A stretch of DNA of 64,000 bases from Candidatus Latescibacterota bacterium (GTDB lineage Bacteria > Latescibacterota > UBA2968 > UBA8231). Positions 38,801 through 47,250 of the stretch are shown piece by piece (position 1 is the stretch's first letter; each line of letters opens with the position of its first letter). The notes below the pieces were generated by a model, which saw only the letters and a list, made by a program, of their open reading frames with translations, was not told where the DNA came from and did no database searches. Both the position numbers and the translations under genes were made by a program. The stretch covers positions 1,920,001 to 1,984,000 of the forward strand of contig OY730476.1 in NCBI GenBank assembly GCA_963422735.1, written 5' to 3'.

Positions 38801-39112
38801 TTGGCGATAGGCTTCCACCGCTTTTTCATGTTGCCCGCTCTTTTTGTAGGCATTGCCTAGCTGATACCAAGCCGCCGCAACTACGGGCAATTCCAGTTCG
38901 TTGCCAAACACCACCCGTACACTGTCGGTGCGCACGGCCTTGCTATTGAACTTGACGATCTTTGAATACTCGATGATCGCCCCTTCAAACTCGCCAAGGG
39001 CGTAGAGAGATTGTCCGGCGTCAAAACTGGTCTTCAGATTTTGCGGCACCGGTAGAAAAAGGCTAGCTCCTAGCCCCAATCCCAGCGCGATGAGTCCAGC
39101 CCAGACCGTCAT
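35867..39112 (-). CDS. Large periplasmic TPR protein (BamD/CpoB-like repeats)
   Basis: N-terminal TM segment and many repeats ending 'YP.S..A..A.Y/F'. Confidence 0.85.
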   Translation of the reverse strand: MTVWAGLIALGLGLGASLFLPVPQNLKTSFDAGQSLYALGEFEGAIIEYSKIVKFNSKAVRTDSVRVVFGNELELPVVAAAWYQLGNAYKKSGQHEKAVEAYRQVIDLGSVAEAFRSLVQFQVAETRFLAKEYGEAAKEYKRYVELFPKTKEAGKAYFYAGWSEFNTKEYDQSIETLNGMLAAYPQDRYAPDSQFRIASALYEKGEYAKAVDMTQIVLDKYPNSPVIAQALYLKANAYDKMGRDVEAIEAYRDVRNLYDRMFELLRGSFREGKNVDFENYRQLFETSSLRVAEIFRKTDQFEQAYQELIAAQETAEERFYKAKVQMRIGDNYMEWDKFDEAWTAYNQVIELYGDTPYPANAQYQKGEAKYFAADYAAAREDYLKLLVDYPDSDTGLRSAALYSAGWSAEKLGVAEQAIASYTQAVDNFPRSDQAPLCLLRIARLNYEQQKVEEAIEAYKAITENYQDTQHTADAYYGLGILYRDEGRKDEAITAFSKVGRDARETYIAALIEAANIYISQDRIAEGRVLLNQLLEGVTGDRDLEARAHFQMAQLDLNNKNYVDAVDRYTMVLGEYPESDVIRDTRYGRALAYHYSGRYDRALIDYKWLLDTKIPKAMQLKVTFSMALSYSAEGNDDEAEKLLDEVIASGDESLVRSARLQKISMAEKKGNPEEAVRIYEEMLATTTSSEDRERLLVRLANAYFKLDKFQQSIEAAQELIDLAINAESIANALFVQGNCFYRSEQFVQAIATYNTIIENYPQIAWAKNAQFQIGVAYNRLSANGNIEVLPAMSKAFNAYYTQYPEDERAVHAYYYDAWAHYRMGKWRAASDVFASLADKYSQSRYASEALFRAGDALFNMTNRSGIEDKNQNFLDAMVFYDRIIKGYPKSSHVDDALYNKAWCLINLDRKEEAVPVFERIVAEYPDGTYGARSQFTLGDYYYGLKDYEKATESYQTFLERFPSDKLIAQDRALPKKARTLLGHLAEIDAYNLYATGENLLAEKNYDEAMAIFKEVQQKYPKSDQAVNSLVNIGAAYMAQEEFRQAGAVFQEVVDNYGDNPKYVTQVDYAREQLEVMQEARVL

Positions 39113-39170
39113 TTGTGCATCTCCTTGTCTAGGTTCCTAAGTTTGGAGTCCATCGGGGTCTTTTTGTTGT

Positions 39171-40106
39171 TTAGAATTCATAAGCAAAGGAAAACCGGTG
39201 TGCGCCATTGGTCTCGGTCAGATCCAAGCCGATGTCATAGGCATAGTCGAACACCAACTGATTCCACTGATAGCCCAACCCCGCATTCAAGCCCCCTCCG
39301 GCGTCCTCAGACAACAAACGACGACCCCCCGCCCGCAACAGCAACCCCTCCACCAACTGCGTCTCCCCACCAACAACCAACCCCTGATCCGAGCCCTCCC
39401 CCGTCAAGTCCCGACGCACGTATTGAACCGACACCAACGACTGACTGCTCAGACGATACCCCACCCCCACATGCACATCCATCGGCAACGTACCCGCATC
39501 CGCGTCCCCTGCAACCTCGCCATACGCCACATTCGGCTGGTTGATATTCTTCAACAACACCCCCACCTGTGCCCCTTGCACCGGACTCTGCCACAGCAAA
39601 CCCAAATCCAAGCCTACGTTGCCCGCACGCTGGTTCGACAGCGGATCAGGCCGACCCTCATCGTCGGGAATTGACCCCACACTCCAAAACAGATACTTGG
39701 CCGACAACCCCACCTGCAGCCGACGCTGCACCTGATACGACAGCGACACAAACGCCCCGTTCTCGCTCATCAGCGACGAGCCAATCCGCTCATAACCCAA
39801 ACCCAAGCCCATCCGGTCACCCAAAGGCTGTGCATAGGAGACCACGTGCTGACCCAGATCGTCGCCTTCAATACCCGCATACAAAAGCGATACATTGGTG
39901 TAGGCCACCTGACGCTGAGCCACCTGACCCAACCCGGCCGGATTGGCAAACACGGCATCCGCATTGTCGGCCACCGCCACAAAGCTGTTGCCCAACCCCT
40001 GGGCCCGTGCCCCCGAACCCACATTCTGAATGTTGACGACCCCGTCACTTGATTGGGCGACGAACAGCAAGCCGACTAAAACACTAAGCATTTTCAGAGA
40101 TTTCAT
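39171..40106 (-). CDS. PorV/PorP(SprF)-like outer membrane beta-barrel
   Basis: 'GARAQGLGNSFVAVADNADAVFANPAGL', 'FDYAY', C-terminal 'HRFSFAYEF'. Confidence 0.8.
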   Translation of the reverse strand: MKSLKMLSVLVGLLFVAQSSDGVVNIQNVGSGARAQGLGNSFVAVADNADAVFANPAGLGQVAQRQVAYTNVSLLYAGIEGDDLGQHVVSYAQPLGDRMGLGLGYERIGSSLMSENGAFVSLSYQVQRRLQVGLSAKYLFWSVGSIPDDEGRPDPLSNQRAGNVGLDLGLLWQSPVQGAQVGVLLKNINQPNVAYGEVAGDADAGTLPMDVHVGVGYRLSSQSLVSVQYVRRDLTGEGSDQGLVVGGETQLVEGLLLRAGGRRLLSEDAGGGLNAGLGYQWNQLVFDYAYDIGLDLTETNGAHRFSFAYEF

Positions 40107-40141
40107 AATCCCAACTCCTCCTTGGTGGTCTCGCTTAAAGG

Positions 40142-40888
40142 CTAGTTTGCCTTAGCGACTCTAGGAACGACCGTACCGTCCTTGTAAATCTTGCCAATAT
40201 CTCGGACGAATTTATAGGAAATATTGGTGGTCTCCACCGGCTCGTTGCGAAAGTCAAATCGCAGGATTACATCGAGTACTTGGACTTCGATATCACTCAC
40301 GTCGGGGTGGAGCACGGGAAAAACGACGAATCCCTCTGCCTCTTGGCCGCTGAAGATCTCCTCGTCTTTGAGCATCGTCCGCCGCAGCAAGTCGCGGCGC
40401 TCTTGGTAGCGGGCATATTCGTTGCCTCTATAACCTATGGCATAGGCGCGATAATACGTGTCGAGCTGCTCAAAGTTGAGGCTCCAATACTCGCGCTTAT
40501 TGCTCGCTTTGACGACAATCTTGCTCGGATCAATTTTGACTTTGGGGTAGGCATAATTCTTAATGCTGAGACGGAAGACAGTGAATCTCTGTTTTTCTTC
40601 GTCTGTTCCCCAAAATATCGTGTTGCCAAAGGTATAGGGATTTGTAGACTTAGGACCCGCTTGGGAATTGTTAAAAAACTGGCGATTCAATTCCTCGTCA
40701 GTCATCGGTTTGAGTCGCACTTCAAAGCGGTCCTGGGCAAAAGTCAGGGTCCCGTCATCTGCCACGCTGATAGACGAGGTCTGATCTTGGCCGGGCTGCA
40801 ATGTACCTGTGTAATAACTATATCCACAGCCCAGCACACCCGAGCCGATAATCAAGGTCAAGAATAATATTCGTGTGAAATTCATCAT
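40142..40888 (-). CDS. Lipoprotein of unknown function
   Basis: Lipobox VLGC. Paralog of 57197-57955 (PMTDEELNRQF, NPYTFGN, RFTVFR). Confidence 0.75.
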   Translation of the reverse strand: MMNFTRILFLTLIIGSGVLGCGYSYYTGTLQPGQDQTSSISVADDGTLTFAQDRFEVRLKPMTDEELNRQFFNNSQAGPKSTNPYTFGNTIFWGTDEEKQRFTVFRLSIKNYAYPKVKIDPSKIVVKASNKREYWSLNFEQLDTYYRAYAIGYRGNEYARYQERRDLLRRTMLKDEEIFSGQEAEGFVVFPVLHPDVSDIEVQVLDVILRFDFRNEPVETTNISYKFVRDIGKIYKDGTVVPRVAKAN

Positions 40889-41838
40889 TCAGAAACTCCT
40901 CGGTGGTAAAGCTCTGAGTGCAAAGAGGCTTTCAAGCGCCCCCACGACCTCGGTTCCACAGCCGTAAAAGTACCCTCTAGCGGCATCAGGATCAAGTCTG
41001 TGAAGCGATCGGCAAAGCGATACGAATTGTGTTGGCCCGAAAGCGACCACTTAGCATCAAAAAGCTCTGAATGCACATCGAAGTCATTGAACTCTACGTT
41101 AAAACCAAGAATTTCACCTTCCCGCAAGAGGTGCTCTTCACTTTGAAAGACCGCATTGATATCGACGCGATCAAAGGGCACGAGCATGACTTCGTAGCTC
41201 GTCACTCCTTCGCCTCCCAAGACACCTACAAACTCGACCGCCGCCCTAGTGTAAGGACCGTTGGATAGCGCGTACCAAGCAGCGGCTGAAAAATTAACAA
41301 AAAAATCCTTGTCGGGCGACGGGCCAGCCAAAACGAAATGATTGGCCTTAGCCCCGTTGCGCCGCCTTTGCTCTTCGTGGCTCAACTCAGTGAAATTTGC
41401 GAATTGTCCACCTGAGTGATCCGCATCGATAAACAATTCTATCGCGTCGTCTTGGAAAAGCACCATGGCACTACCGGCGGAACGATCAATCTGGTGTATA
41501 TCATCGCGAACTTGAGCGGCGATGTAGAGCCTGTTCTCCGATTTATTCCACCCAACCATGAGACGGGCAGCAAAATCATCCGAATCGCTCGCCTCAACTT
41601 CTGGACTAATCAGGTCGTGAAATTGACTCGTTAATATGGCGTAGGAGTTACCTACAATTTCCCAATCTCTCAAATCCCCGTCAATGACGGGAACTAAGTG
41701 ATCGGGAAATTGAAAAGCTCTGTAGGCTACTCCTTCGGGGTAATGACCCAAAACCGGTTTAGCCGAGCCTACTGCTATCTGTAGCACCAAAGCTAAAAAA
41801 AACAACCACGACCAGCACCTCGGCCAACGTCTTCTCAT
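40885..41838 (-). CDS. Secreted CBM9/DOMON-like sugar-binding protein with C-terminal VEPxSWGxLK motif
   Basis: 'PVIDGDLRDW', 'WN...RLYIAAQVRDD', 'DAIELFIDAD', 'GFNVEFNDFD', C-terminal 'TAVEPRSWGRLKASL'. Confidence 0.7.
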   Translation of the reverse strand: MRRRWPRCWSWLFFLALVLQIAVGSAKPVLGHYPEGVAYRAFQFPDHLVPVIDGDLRDWEIVGNSYAILTSQFHDLISPEVEASDSDDFAARLMVGWNKSENRLYIAAQVRDDIHQIDRSAGSAMVLFQDDAIELFIDADHSGGQFANFTELSHEEQRRRNGAKANHFVLAGPSPDKDFFVNFSAAAWYALSNGPYTRAAVEFVGVLGGEGVTSYEVMLVPFDRVDINAVFQSEEHLLREGEILGFNVEFNDFDVHSELFDAKWSLSGQHNSYRFADRFTDLILMPLEGTFTAVEPRSWGRLKASLHSELYHRGVSE

Positions 41839-42166
41839 CCGTTTTTTGATGTCTTTCAAATCGAGATGTATGATAATCAATGGCCTAAGACGTGTCAAGA
41901 TATATTAGAGACAGCAGTGGAAACAATGGGTTTATAACGGATAAAACCAATAAATAACAATAGGTTGGGGTTATTCAACCCTCGTTCAACTCTTTGCAAA
42001 TCACCTCTTCCGTGTCTCGACTTCAGTGGTTATCTGAGTGATTGATGACAAAGGCCCCTCTTTTTTGCGCTCGTCGGCTCGAGCTGACTATCTTGAGATA
42101 TGCATCACTATACTATTATCACTGACGTTACGTAGTAGGGACCGAATCGAGCGCAGACCAAAGGAT

Positions 42167-42194
42167 TGTCATTCCCGCGGCAAGTGGGAATCCA
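42167..42194. repeat. REP-like palindrome GTCATTCCCGC...GGGAATCCA
   Basis: tgtcATTCCCgcggcaagtGGGAATcca, a single copy in the intergenic region. Confidence 0.5.
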
Positions 42195-42394
42195 GCGGGG
42201 GAGGCGGGGCGCAACCGCACGTTTTGCGGCAAACTGCGTAACATCAGTATATTATATGAATAGCGAAATGTCGACCAAGATGCGCGATTAGCCCGGTCGG
42301 TGTGGACTGGGTTGGGGCGTTCAACTGCCGTCGGCGTCCCTGTTCTGCCCGTCGCAGGCAGCCAAGGGCTTACATTCTTGCGTGGAGGTGTTCG

Positions 42395-45049
42395 ATGATC
42401 AGGTTGTTGTTAGCGGTGTTCGGCGTCGCGTTCGTACTCTGCAATGGCTATGCCGAAGTCAAGCGGTGGCGGATAGGCGACGATGTGCATCCCTGGACTC
42501 TGCGGCCGGTTACCGGTCGCCTTGACTTGGGCCGCAGTTGGGCCGTCGAGCTAATCGCCGACGACGATGGTGACGGACTCATCGACGAAGACCCCGTCGA
42601 GCTAGTTGATAACGACGACGACGGCCAGATCAACGAAGACCCCGTCGATCCGCAAGTCGACAACGACGACGACGGCCAGATCAACGAGGACCCGGCTAAT
42701 ACTCTCGACGACGACGGCGACGGGCTGATCGACGAAGACCCCGTTGAGCTGATCGACAATGATGGCGACGGACTCATTGACGAAGACGGTCCCGACCCGC
42801 AGATCGACAACGACAACGATGCTCTGCTCAACGAGGACGGGCTGTATACTCCCTACGATGACGACTGGGACGGCCAGATCAACGAGGACCCGGCTAATAC
42901 TCTCGACGACGACGGCGACGGGCTGATCGACGAGGATCCGCCGCTGCCCGAACACGGTGGGGGCGTTACCACTTGGCTTCGGCCAGTGCGTCTGGACAGC
43001 CTGCGCAACCTCGCCTACCTGCTCAACCAGCGCTTCAAGGCCGGCGAGTTCGGCGGCATCATCCCCGGGAAGGATTCCCAGCGCCCCTTTATGGTGGTGC
43101 CGAGCGAATACGGCTTCCGCCGCGAGGTCGCCGACCCCATCTCGGCCGACTACTGGGCGGTAGCGGGGGTGATTGACCGCAAAGAGGCCGAAAAGGCTGT
43201 CGATGGCAACCTGAAGACAGACTTCACTTCTACCAAGTATGGCCGCGGTGGGATTGCCGTCAATCTGATGGGCTACTACTATATTAACCGCATCGTCTTC
43301 CGCCCGCAGCCGACCTTGCCTGGCGGCACCATCGCCGACTACTACATCCGCTACGGCGACCAGACCTCCATCAACAGGGACTCTGAGACCATTCAAGCGA
43401 ATCGGACACTAGTTCAAACCGTCCGGGGCCAATTCAACCCAGTGATCAAGGATCTCAGATTCGACCCACCATTTATCTCTGGTCGTATCGACGTGATCTC
43501 AATTGATAAAGAGGGAAAACTCAGCCAGACCGCCGAAGCCGGCTATTTCGGCGACGGCTACAGCATCGATGGGCGGTACACCTCGGCCATCATCGACGTG
43601 GGTACGCCCACCCCGCGCATCCGTCGCTACGACCGCGAGATCGAGCAATTCGCCGGCTCGCAGCGCGATGCCTATGAAAGCCAATTTCTCCTCGATGTTG
43701 TCGGCGATCAAGTCAACTGGGGCAAGGTGCGATGGCGCGGGCATCGCGATGGCCTCGAAGGTGACGTGCGCATCCAGTTCCGCGTTGGCAACACCCTCGA
43801 CACCCACATCTACGCCCGCCGCTTGGGGCCGGGTCTTTCGGACACTCAGGATGAAGACGGCAATCCCCTCGATATGTTTTCTTGGATCAAGCTCCCTGAA
43901 GGCCGCGTCCCCGAGCGCGAATTGCAATACAACGAACTAGGTATTGACTTGGGCAGCGACGGTCCCTTGGGCTGGAGCTTCTGGTCTGCACCTTTCAAGC
44001 TCGAAGACGCCCTCATTGACGAGAGCTTGCCCGAATCCGAGTGGCGCGACGCCGGCGTCCAGCTACCTCTGCCCGGCGGAACTCGCTATATCCAGTTCCG
44101 TATCTTCTTTGACTCCACCCAGCATAGCGCGGCCCTGTTGGACTTCATCGAGTTCGACTACGACGCGCCACTGGTCTCGGGCGGAATCGTCGCCGAAATT
44201 TTCCCTCCGCGCGTCACCTTGGGCGAGGAGACGGCTTTCCGCTACTTTGTCCGCCCGTTTTTCAAAACGGGCGAGGCTACCTCCTTCAATCGGATCGAGA
44301 TCGCCGTGCCCAGCGCGGACACGCGCATCGACACCTTGCGCTTTGACGGTCAAGACTGGACCGAAATCGCCGCTGGCACGGCCGCCGATTCTCTGCGCGA
44401 TGTCCATCCCATCCGCCTCGCTCCAGCAGAAGGCCGCGCCGATAGCTTAGGACAATTTGCCCAGAGCGTAGTCACGGATCTGCTCACCGGCTCGTCCAAA
44501 CTGCACATCAAGCTACCTGCAATGGGTGCCGAGCACTTTCAATTCGACCAGAACATCGAGATCGTCTTCCGCTCCAAGCTCTTCCGTGGCTCAGAGGAGT
44601 TCACCAGTTCGGTGTGGAATGACCAAGGCGGCCCCGGTGCCAAATTCATCCCGCAACCGGCCGAGGATGGGGATGCCACACCCGACATAGCCACCAATGC
44701 CCTCCTCGTGGTCGCCGACGAGATCGACCAAGTCGTCAATATCCCCCACATCGCCCCAAACCCCTTTACCCCCAACGGCGATGGTATTAACGACGAAGTC
44801 ACTTTTTCCTTCGACCTTTTCCTCGTACTCGATCAGGTCGATGTCCAAGTCGAAATCTACGATCTGTCTGGCCTCCGCATCGCCCAGATCCAGACAGACG
44901 GCTCGACTGCAGGCAGCCTCCAAGTCGAGTGGGACGGTCGCGACAGCCAAGGCCAAGTCGCCCCCCCGGGCCTCTATCTCTACCGGCTCGCCATCGATTT
45001 GGACAACACCTCTACTGAGCGCTCGGGAACCCTATCGTTGGCCTATTGA
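42395..45049 (+). CDS. Large secreted protein with tandem DxDxDG Ca-binding repeats and a C-terminal FlgD-Ig/CHU_C-type domain
   Basis: GGAGGTG SD, signal peptide, ~8 'DDDGDGLIDEDP'-type repeats. C-terminal 'PNPFTPNGDGINDE...IYDLSG...WDGRD...PPGLYLYRL'. Confidence 0.85.
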   Translation: MIRLLLAVFGVAFVLCNGYAEVKRWRIGDDVHPWTLRPVTGRLDLGRSWAVELIADDDGDGLIDEDPVELVDNDDDGQINEDPVDPQVDNDDDGQINEDPANTLDDDGDGLIDEDPVELIDNDGDGLIDEDGPDPQIDNDNDALLNEDGLYTPYDDDWDGQINEDPANTLDDDGDGLIDEDPPLPEHGGGVTTWLRPVRLDSLRNLAYLLNQRFKAGEFGGIIPGKDSQRPFMVVPSEYGFRREVADPISADYWAVAGVIDRKEAEKAVDGNLKTDFTSTKYGRGGIAVNLMGYYYINRIVFRPQPTLPGGTIADYYIRYGDQTSINRDSETIQANRTLVQTVRGQFNPVIKDLRFDPPFISGRIDVISIDKEGKLSQTAEAGYFGDGYSIDGRYTSAIIDVGTPTPRIRRYDREIEQFAGSQRDAYESQFLLDVVGDQVNWGKVRWRGHRDGLEGDVRIQFRVGNTLDTHIYARRLGPGLSDTQDEDGNPLDMFSWIKLPEGRVPERELQYNELGIDLGSDGPLGWSFWSAPFKLEDALIDESLPESEWRDAGVQLPLPGGTRYIQFRIFFDSTQHSAALLDFIEFDYDAPLVSGGIVAEIFPPRVTLGEETAFRYFVRPFFKTGEATSFNRIEIAVPSADTRIDTLRFDGQDWTEIAAGTAADSLRDVHPIRLAPAEGRADSLGQFAQSVVTDLLTGSSKLHIKLPAMGAEHFQFDQNIEIVFRSKLFRGSEEFTSSVWNDQGGPGAKFIPQPAEDGDATPDIATNALLVVADEIDQVVNIPHIAPNPFTPNGDGINDEVTFSFDLFLVLDQVDVQVEIYDLSGLRIAQIQTDGSTAGSLQVEWDGRDSQGQVAPPGLYLYRLAIDLDNTSTERSGTLSLAY
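42560..42940 (+). repeat. Intragenic tandem Asp-rich repeats
   Basis: Includes an identical 65-bp block at 42671-42735 and 42869-42933. Confidence 0.8.
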
Positions 45050-45056
45050 CCAAAAT

Positions 45057-45098
45057 GCGCGACTTTGTCCGGTCCTTCGGAACCGGACAAAGTCGCGC
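45057..45098 (+). terminator. Strong hairpin downstream of the FlgD-CTD gene
   Basis: GCGCGACTTTGTCCGGT / ACCGGACAAAGTCGCGC 17-bp inverted repeat. Confidence 0.7.
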
Positions 45099-45145
45099 CG
45101 TGAAACGCTTGCAGGATTTCCCTTTCTCGCCACCATTCTAACGCC

Positions 45146-47242
45146 ATGGCACGCAGCATCCGCTTTTTTTTATGCGTGCTCTTACTAGCCGCCCTTGCAC
45201 TTCGGTTGGGCTATTTGTGGGAACACCGCGCCAGTCCCTTCTTCGATGCGCCCGTAGTTGACGCCCAGACCTTCTTCAAACAGGCACAGGCCCTTGCCAG
45301 CGGCCCGTTCTGGGGAGGGGACGAACCGTATTGGCAGCCCCCTCTCTATATCTACCTGCTAGCGTTCGTTTACTGGCTTCTGCCGGCCTCGTACTTCGTC
45401 GGCATCCGGCTCGTACACGTGGGCCTCGGCGTTCTTTCCTGCCTATTGGTATACGCGTTGGCCCGACACGCCTTTGGCGAGCAGGTCGGTCGCATTGCCG
45501 GCGTCATGGCGGCCTTGTGCGGCTCTTTGCTCTACTTTGAGGGCGAGCTACTGGCCGTACCGGTGGAAGTCTTCCTCAATCTCCTGCTCCTATACAGCCT
45601 GTTACTGGCGTGGAGACGCGATCGCGGGCGCAACTGGGTGTTGGCCGGCTTCATCGCGGGCCTTGCGGCCCTCACTCGCCCCAATATCTTGCTCTTTATC
45701 GCGGCCTTTTGCGCTTGGGCACTGTGGCACCGGCGCACATCTGCATACCGTTCCCTGTTCTTTTTTATCGTTCCCATAGCCTTGGTCATCCTGCCCGTCA
45801 CCTATCGCAACTGGACCATTGAGCCGGACCTCGTCTTCATCTCTTCCAATGCCGGCGTAAACTTCTACCTCGGCAACAACGCCGACTACGAGCGTACGGT
45901 CTCGCTGAGCCCAGGCATGCAGTGGGAGACAGTGATTGCCGAAGCGGCGAACTCAGGGCATGAAACCGCAGCCGCCCTATCTGCCTTTTTTTTTCGCAAA
46001 GCCCTCGATTACATAACCGCGCAGCCCCTCGACTATCTCGGCCTGCTCTGCAAGAAGGGATTCTACTTTTGGAGTGGCCCAGAGACCAAGCGCAACCAAG
46101 ACATATACTACGCCCGCCAACACTCGCGGATTTTGAGTCTCTTGCTCTGGGATTGGCACGTGTCGATTCCCTTCGGCCTGATCGGCCCGCTGAGTTTGCT
46201 CGGCTTAGGACTGAGCATGAGGGGTGAGTGGACGCCGCCGATTGCCTTGCTGCGACTCTACGCTCTCGTGTACACGGCCTCGGTCGTACTCTTCTTTCCG
46301 GCGGCCCGCTACCGTATGCCGGTCGTGCCGGTGCTGATAGCTTTTGCTGCTTTTGCCGCTTTTCAGCTCTATCTAGGCGTACGCCGCAGAGCCTATATCC
46401 GCACCACAGTGCTTGCCCTGCCTCTTGGGGGTCTATTGGTCTTGTGCAACCTCGCCGAGGCCGCGCCGACCGCAGAAGACGCCCAACTCTACTTCGACCT
46501 AGGCGAGGTGCATTTGCGTAAGCGAGACTACGCCCGGTCTGCACGTTACTCGCGCCAAGCACTGGAATTGAACCCGGAGTACAACTACGCCCGCCACAAT
46601 CTGGCCGTTGCGTACTTTCACCAAGAGCACTATGGGGAAAGCGAGCGAGAGGCCCTGCAGACCCTAGCGGAAAATCCCCGACGCGCCGACACTCGTGTAC
46701 TCCTAGGCCGGATTTATCTAGCGACTCATAAGCCGCAGCAGGCCGAAGCGCATCTGCGCCACGCTCTCGAACGATATCCAGAGTCCGGCATGGCCCACTA
46801 CTACTACGGCCGCCTGCTCTACCGCCAAGGACACTACGTTGCGGCCACAACCCACTTGCAGCATGCGCTTTCTTGGCAGCCACAGGACTTCTGGCTGCAC
46901 TACGAACTAGGAAGGGCCTTACAGCAGGCCGGGCAAGCCGAGGCTGCACTCGGCCTGTACCACCAAGCCCTCTCTCTGGAAAGGCGACCCGAGGCCCTAA
47001 ACGCCATCGGTGCCCTGCACCTGCTCGCTGGACGCACACAAGCGGCACGGACGCATTTTCTCCAAGCCCTAGCGCTAGCTCCAGACAACCCAGAAGTCCA
47101 CATCAACCTCGCGCTTATCGAACTCGAACATGGGGACCACGCCGCGGCCATTGATCGGTTGCGCCAAGTCCTTATGCGCGATCCTGATCCGCGTGCGCAG
47201 CGCTTGCTCGACGAGACCTATCGCCGCCTCGAATCGCCATAG
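45146..47242 (+). CDS. GT-C (family 39/PMT-like) membrane glycosyltransferase with C-terminal TPRs
   Basis: 'YWQPPLYIYLLA', 'GLAALTRPN', 'NAGVNFYLGNN', 'ARYRMPVVP', followed by TPR repeats. Confidence 0.8.
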   Translation: MARSIRFFLCVLLLAALALRLGYLWEHRASPFFDAPVVDAQTFFKQAQALASGPFWGGDEPYWQPPLYIYLLAFVYWLLPASYFVGIRLVHVGLGVLSCLLVYALARHAFGEQVGRIAGVMAALCGSLLYFEGELLAVPVEVFLNLLLLYSLLLAWRRDRGRNWVLAGFIAGLAALTRPNILLFIAAFCAWALWHRRTSAYRSLFFFIVPIALVILPVTYRNWTIEPDLVFISSNAGVNFYLGNNADYERTVSLSPGMQWETVIAEAANSGHETAAALSAFFFRKALDYITAQPLDYLGLLCKKGFYFWSGPETKRNQDIYYARQHSRILSLLLWDWHVSIPFGLIGPLSLLGLGLSMRGEWTPPIALLRLYALVYTASVVLFFPAARYRMPVVPVLIAFAAFAAFQLYLGVRRRAYIRTTVLALPLGGLLVLCNLAEAAPTAEDAQLYFDLGEVHLRKRDYARSARYSRQALELNPEYNYARHNLAVAYFHQEHYGESEREALQTLAENPRRADTRVLLGRIYLATHKPQQAEAHLRHALERYPESGMAHYYYGRLLYRQGHYVAATTHLQHALSWQPQDFWLHYELGRALQQAGQAEAALGLYHQALSLERRPEALNAIGALHLLAGRTQAARTHFLQALALAPDNPEVHINLALIELEHGDHAAAIDRLRQVLMRDPDPRAQRLLDETYRRLESP

Positions 47243-47250
47243 GAGGTTCT

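Noticed and set aside
45837-47048. 403-aa minus-strand ORF and other long antisense ORFs (28555-29307, 42602-43396, 57173-57991)
   Set aside because: Shadows of well-supported genes on the opposite strand in high-GC DNA.
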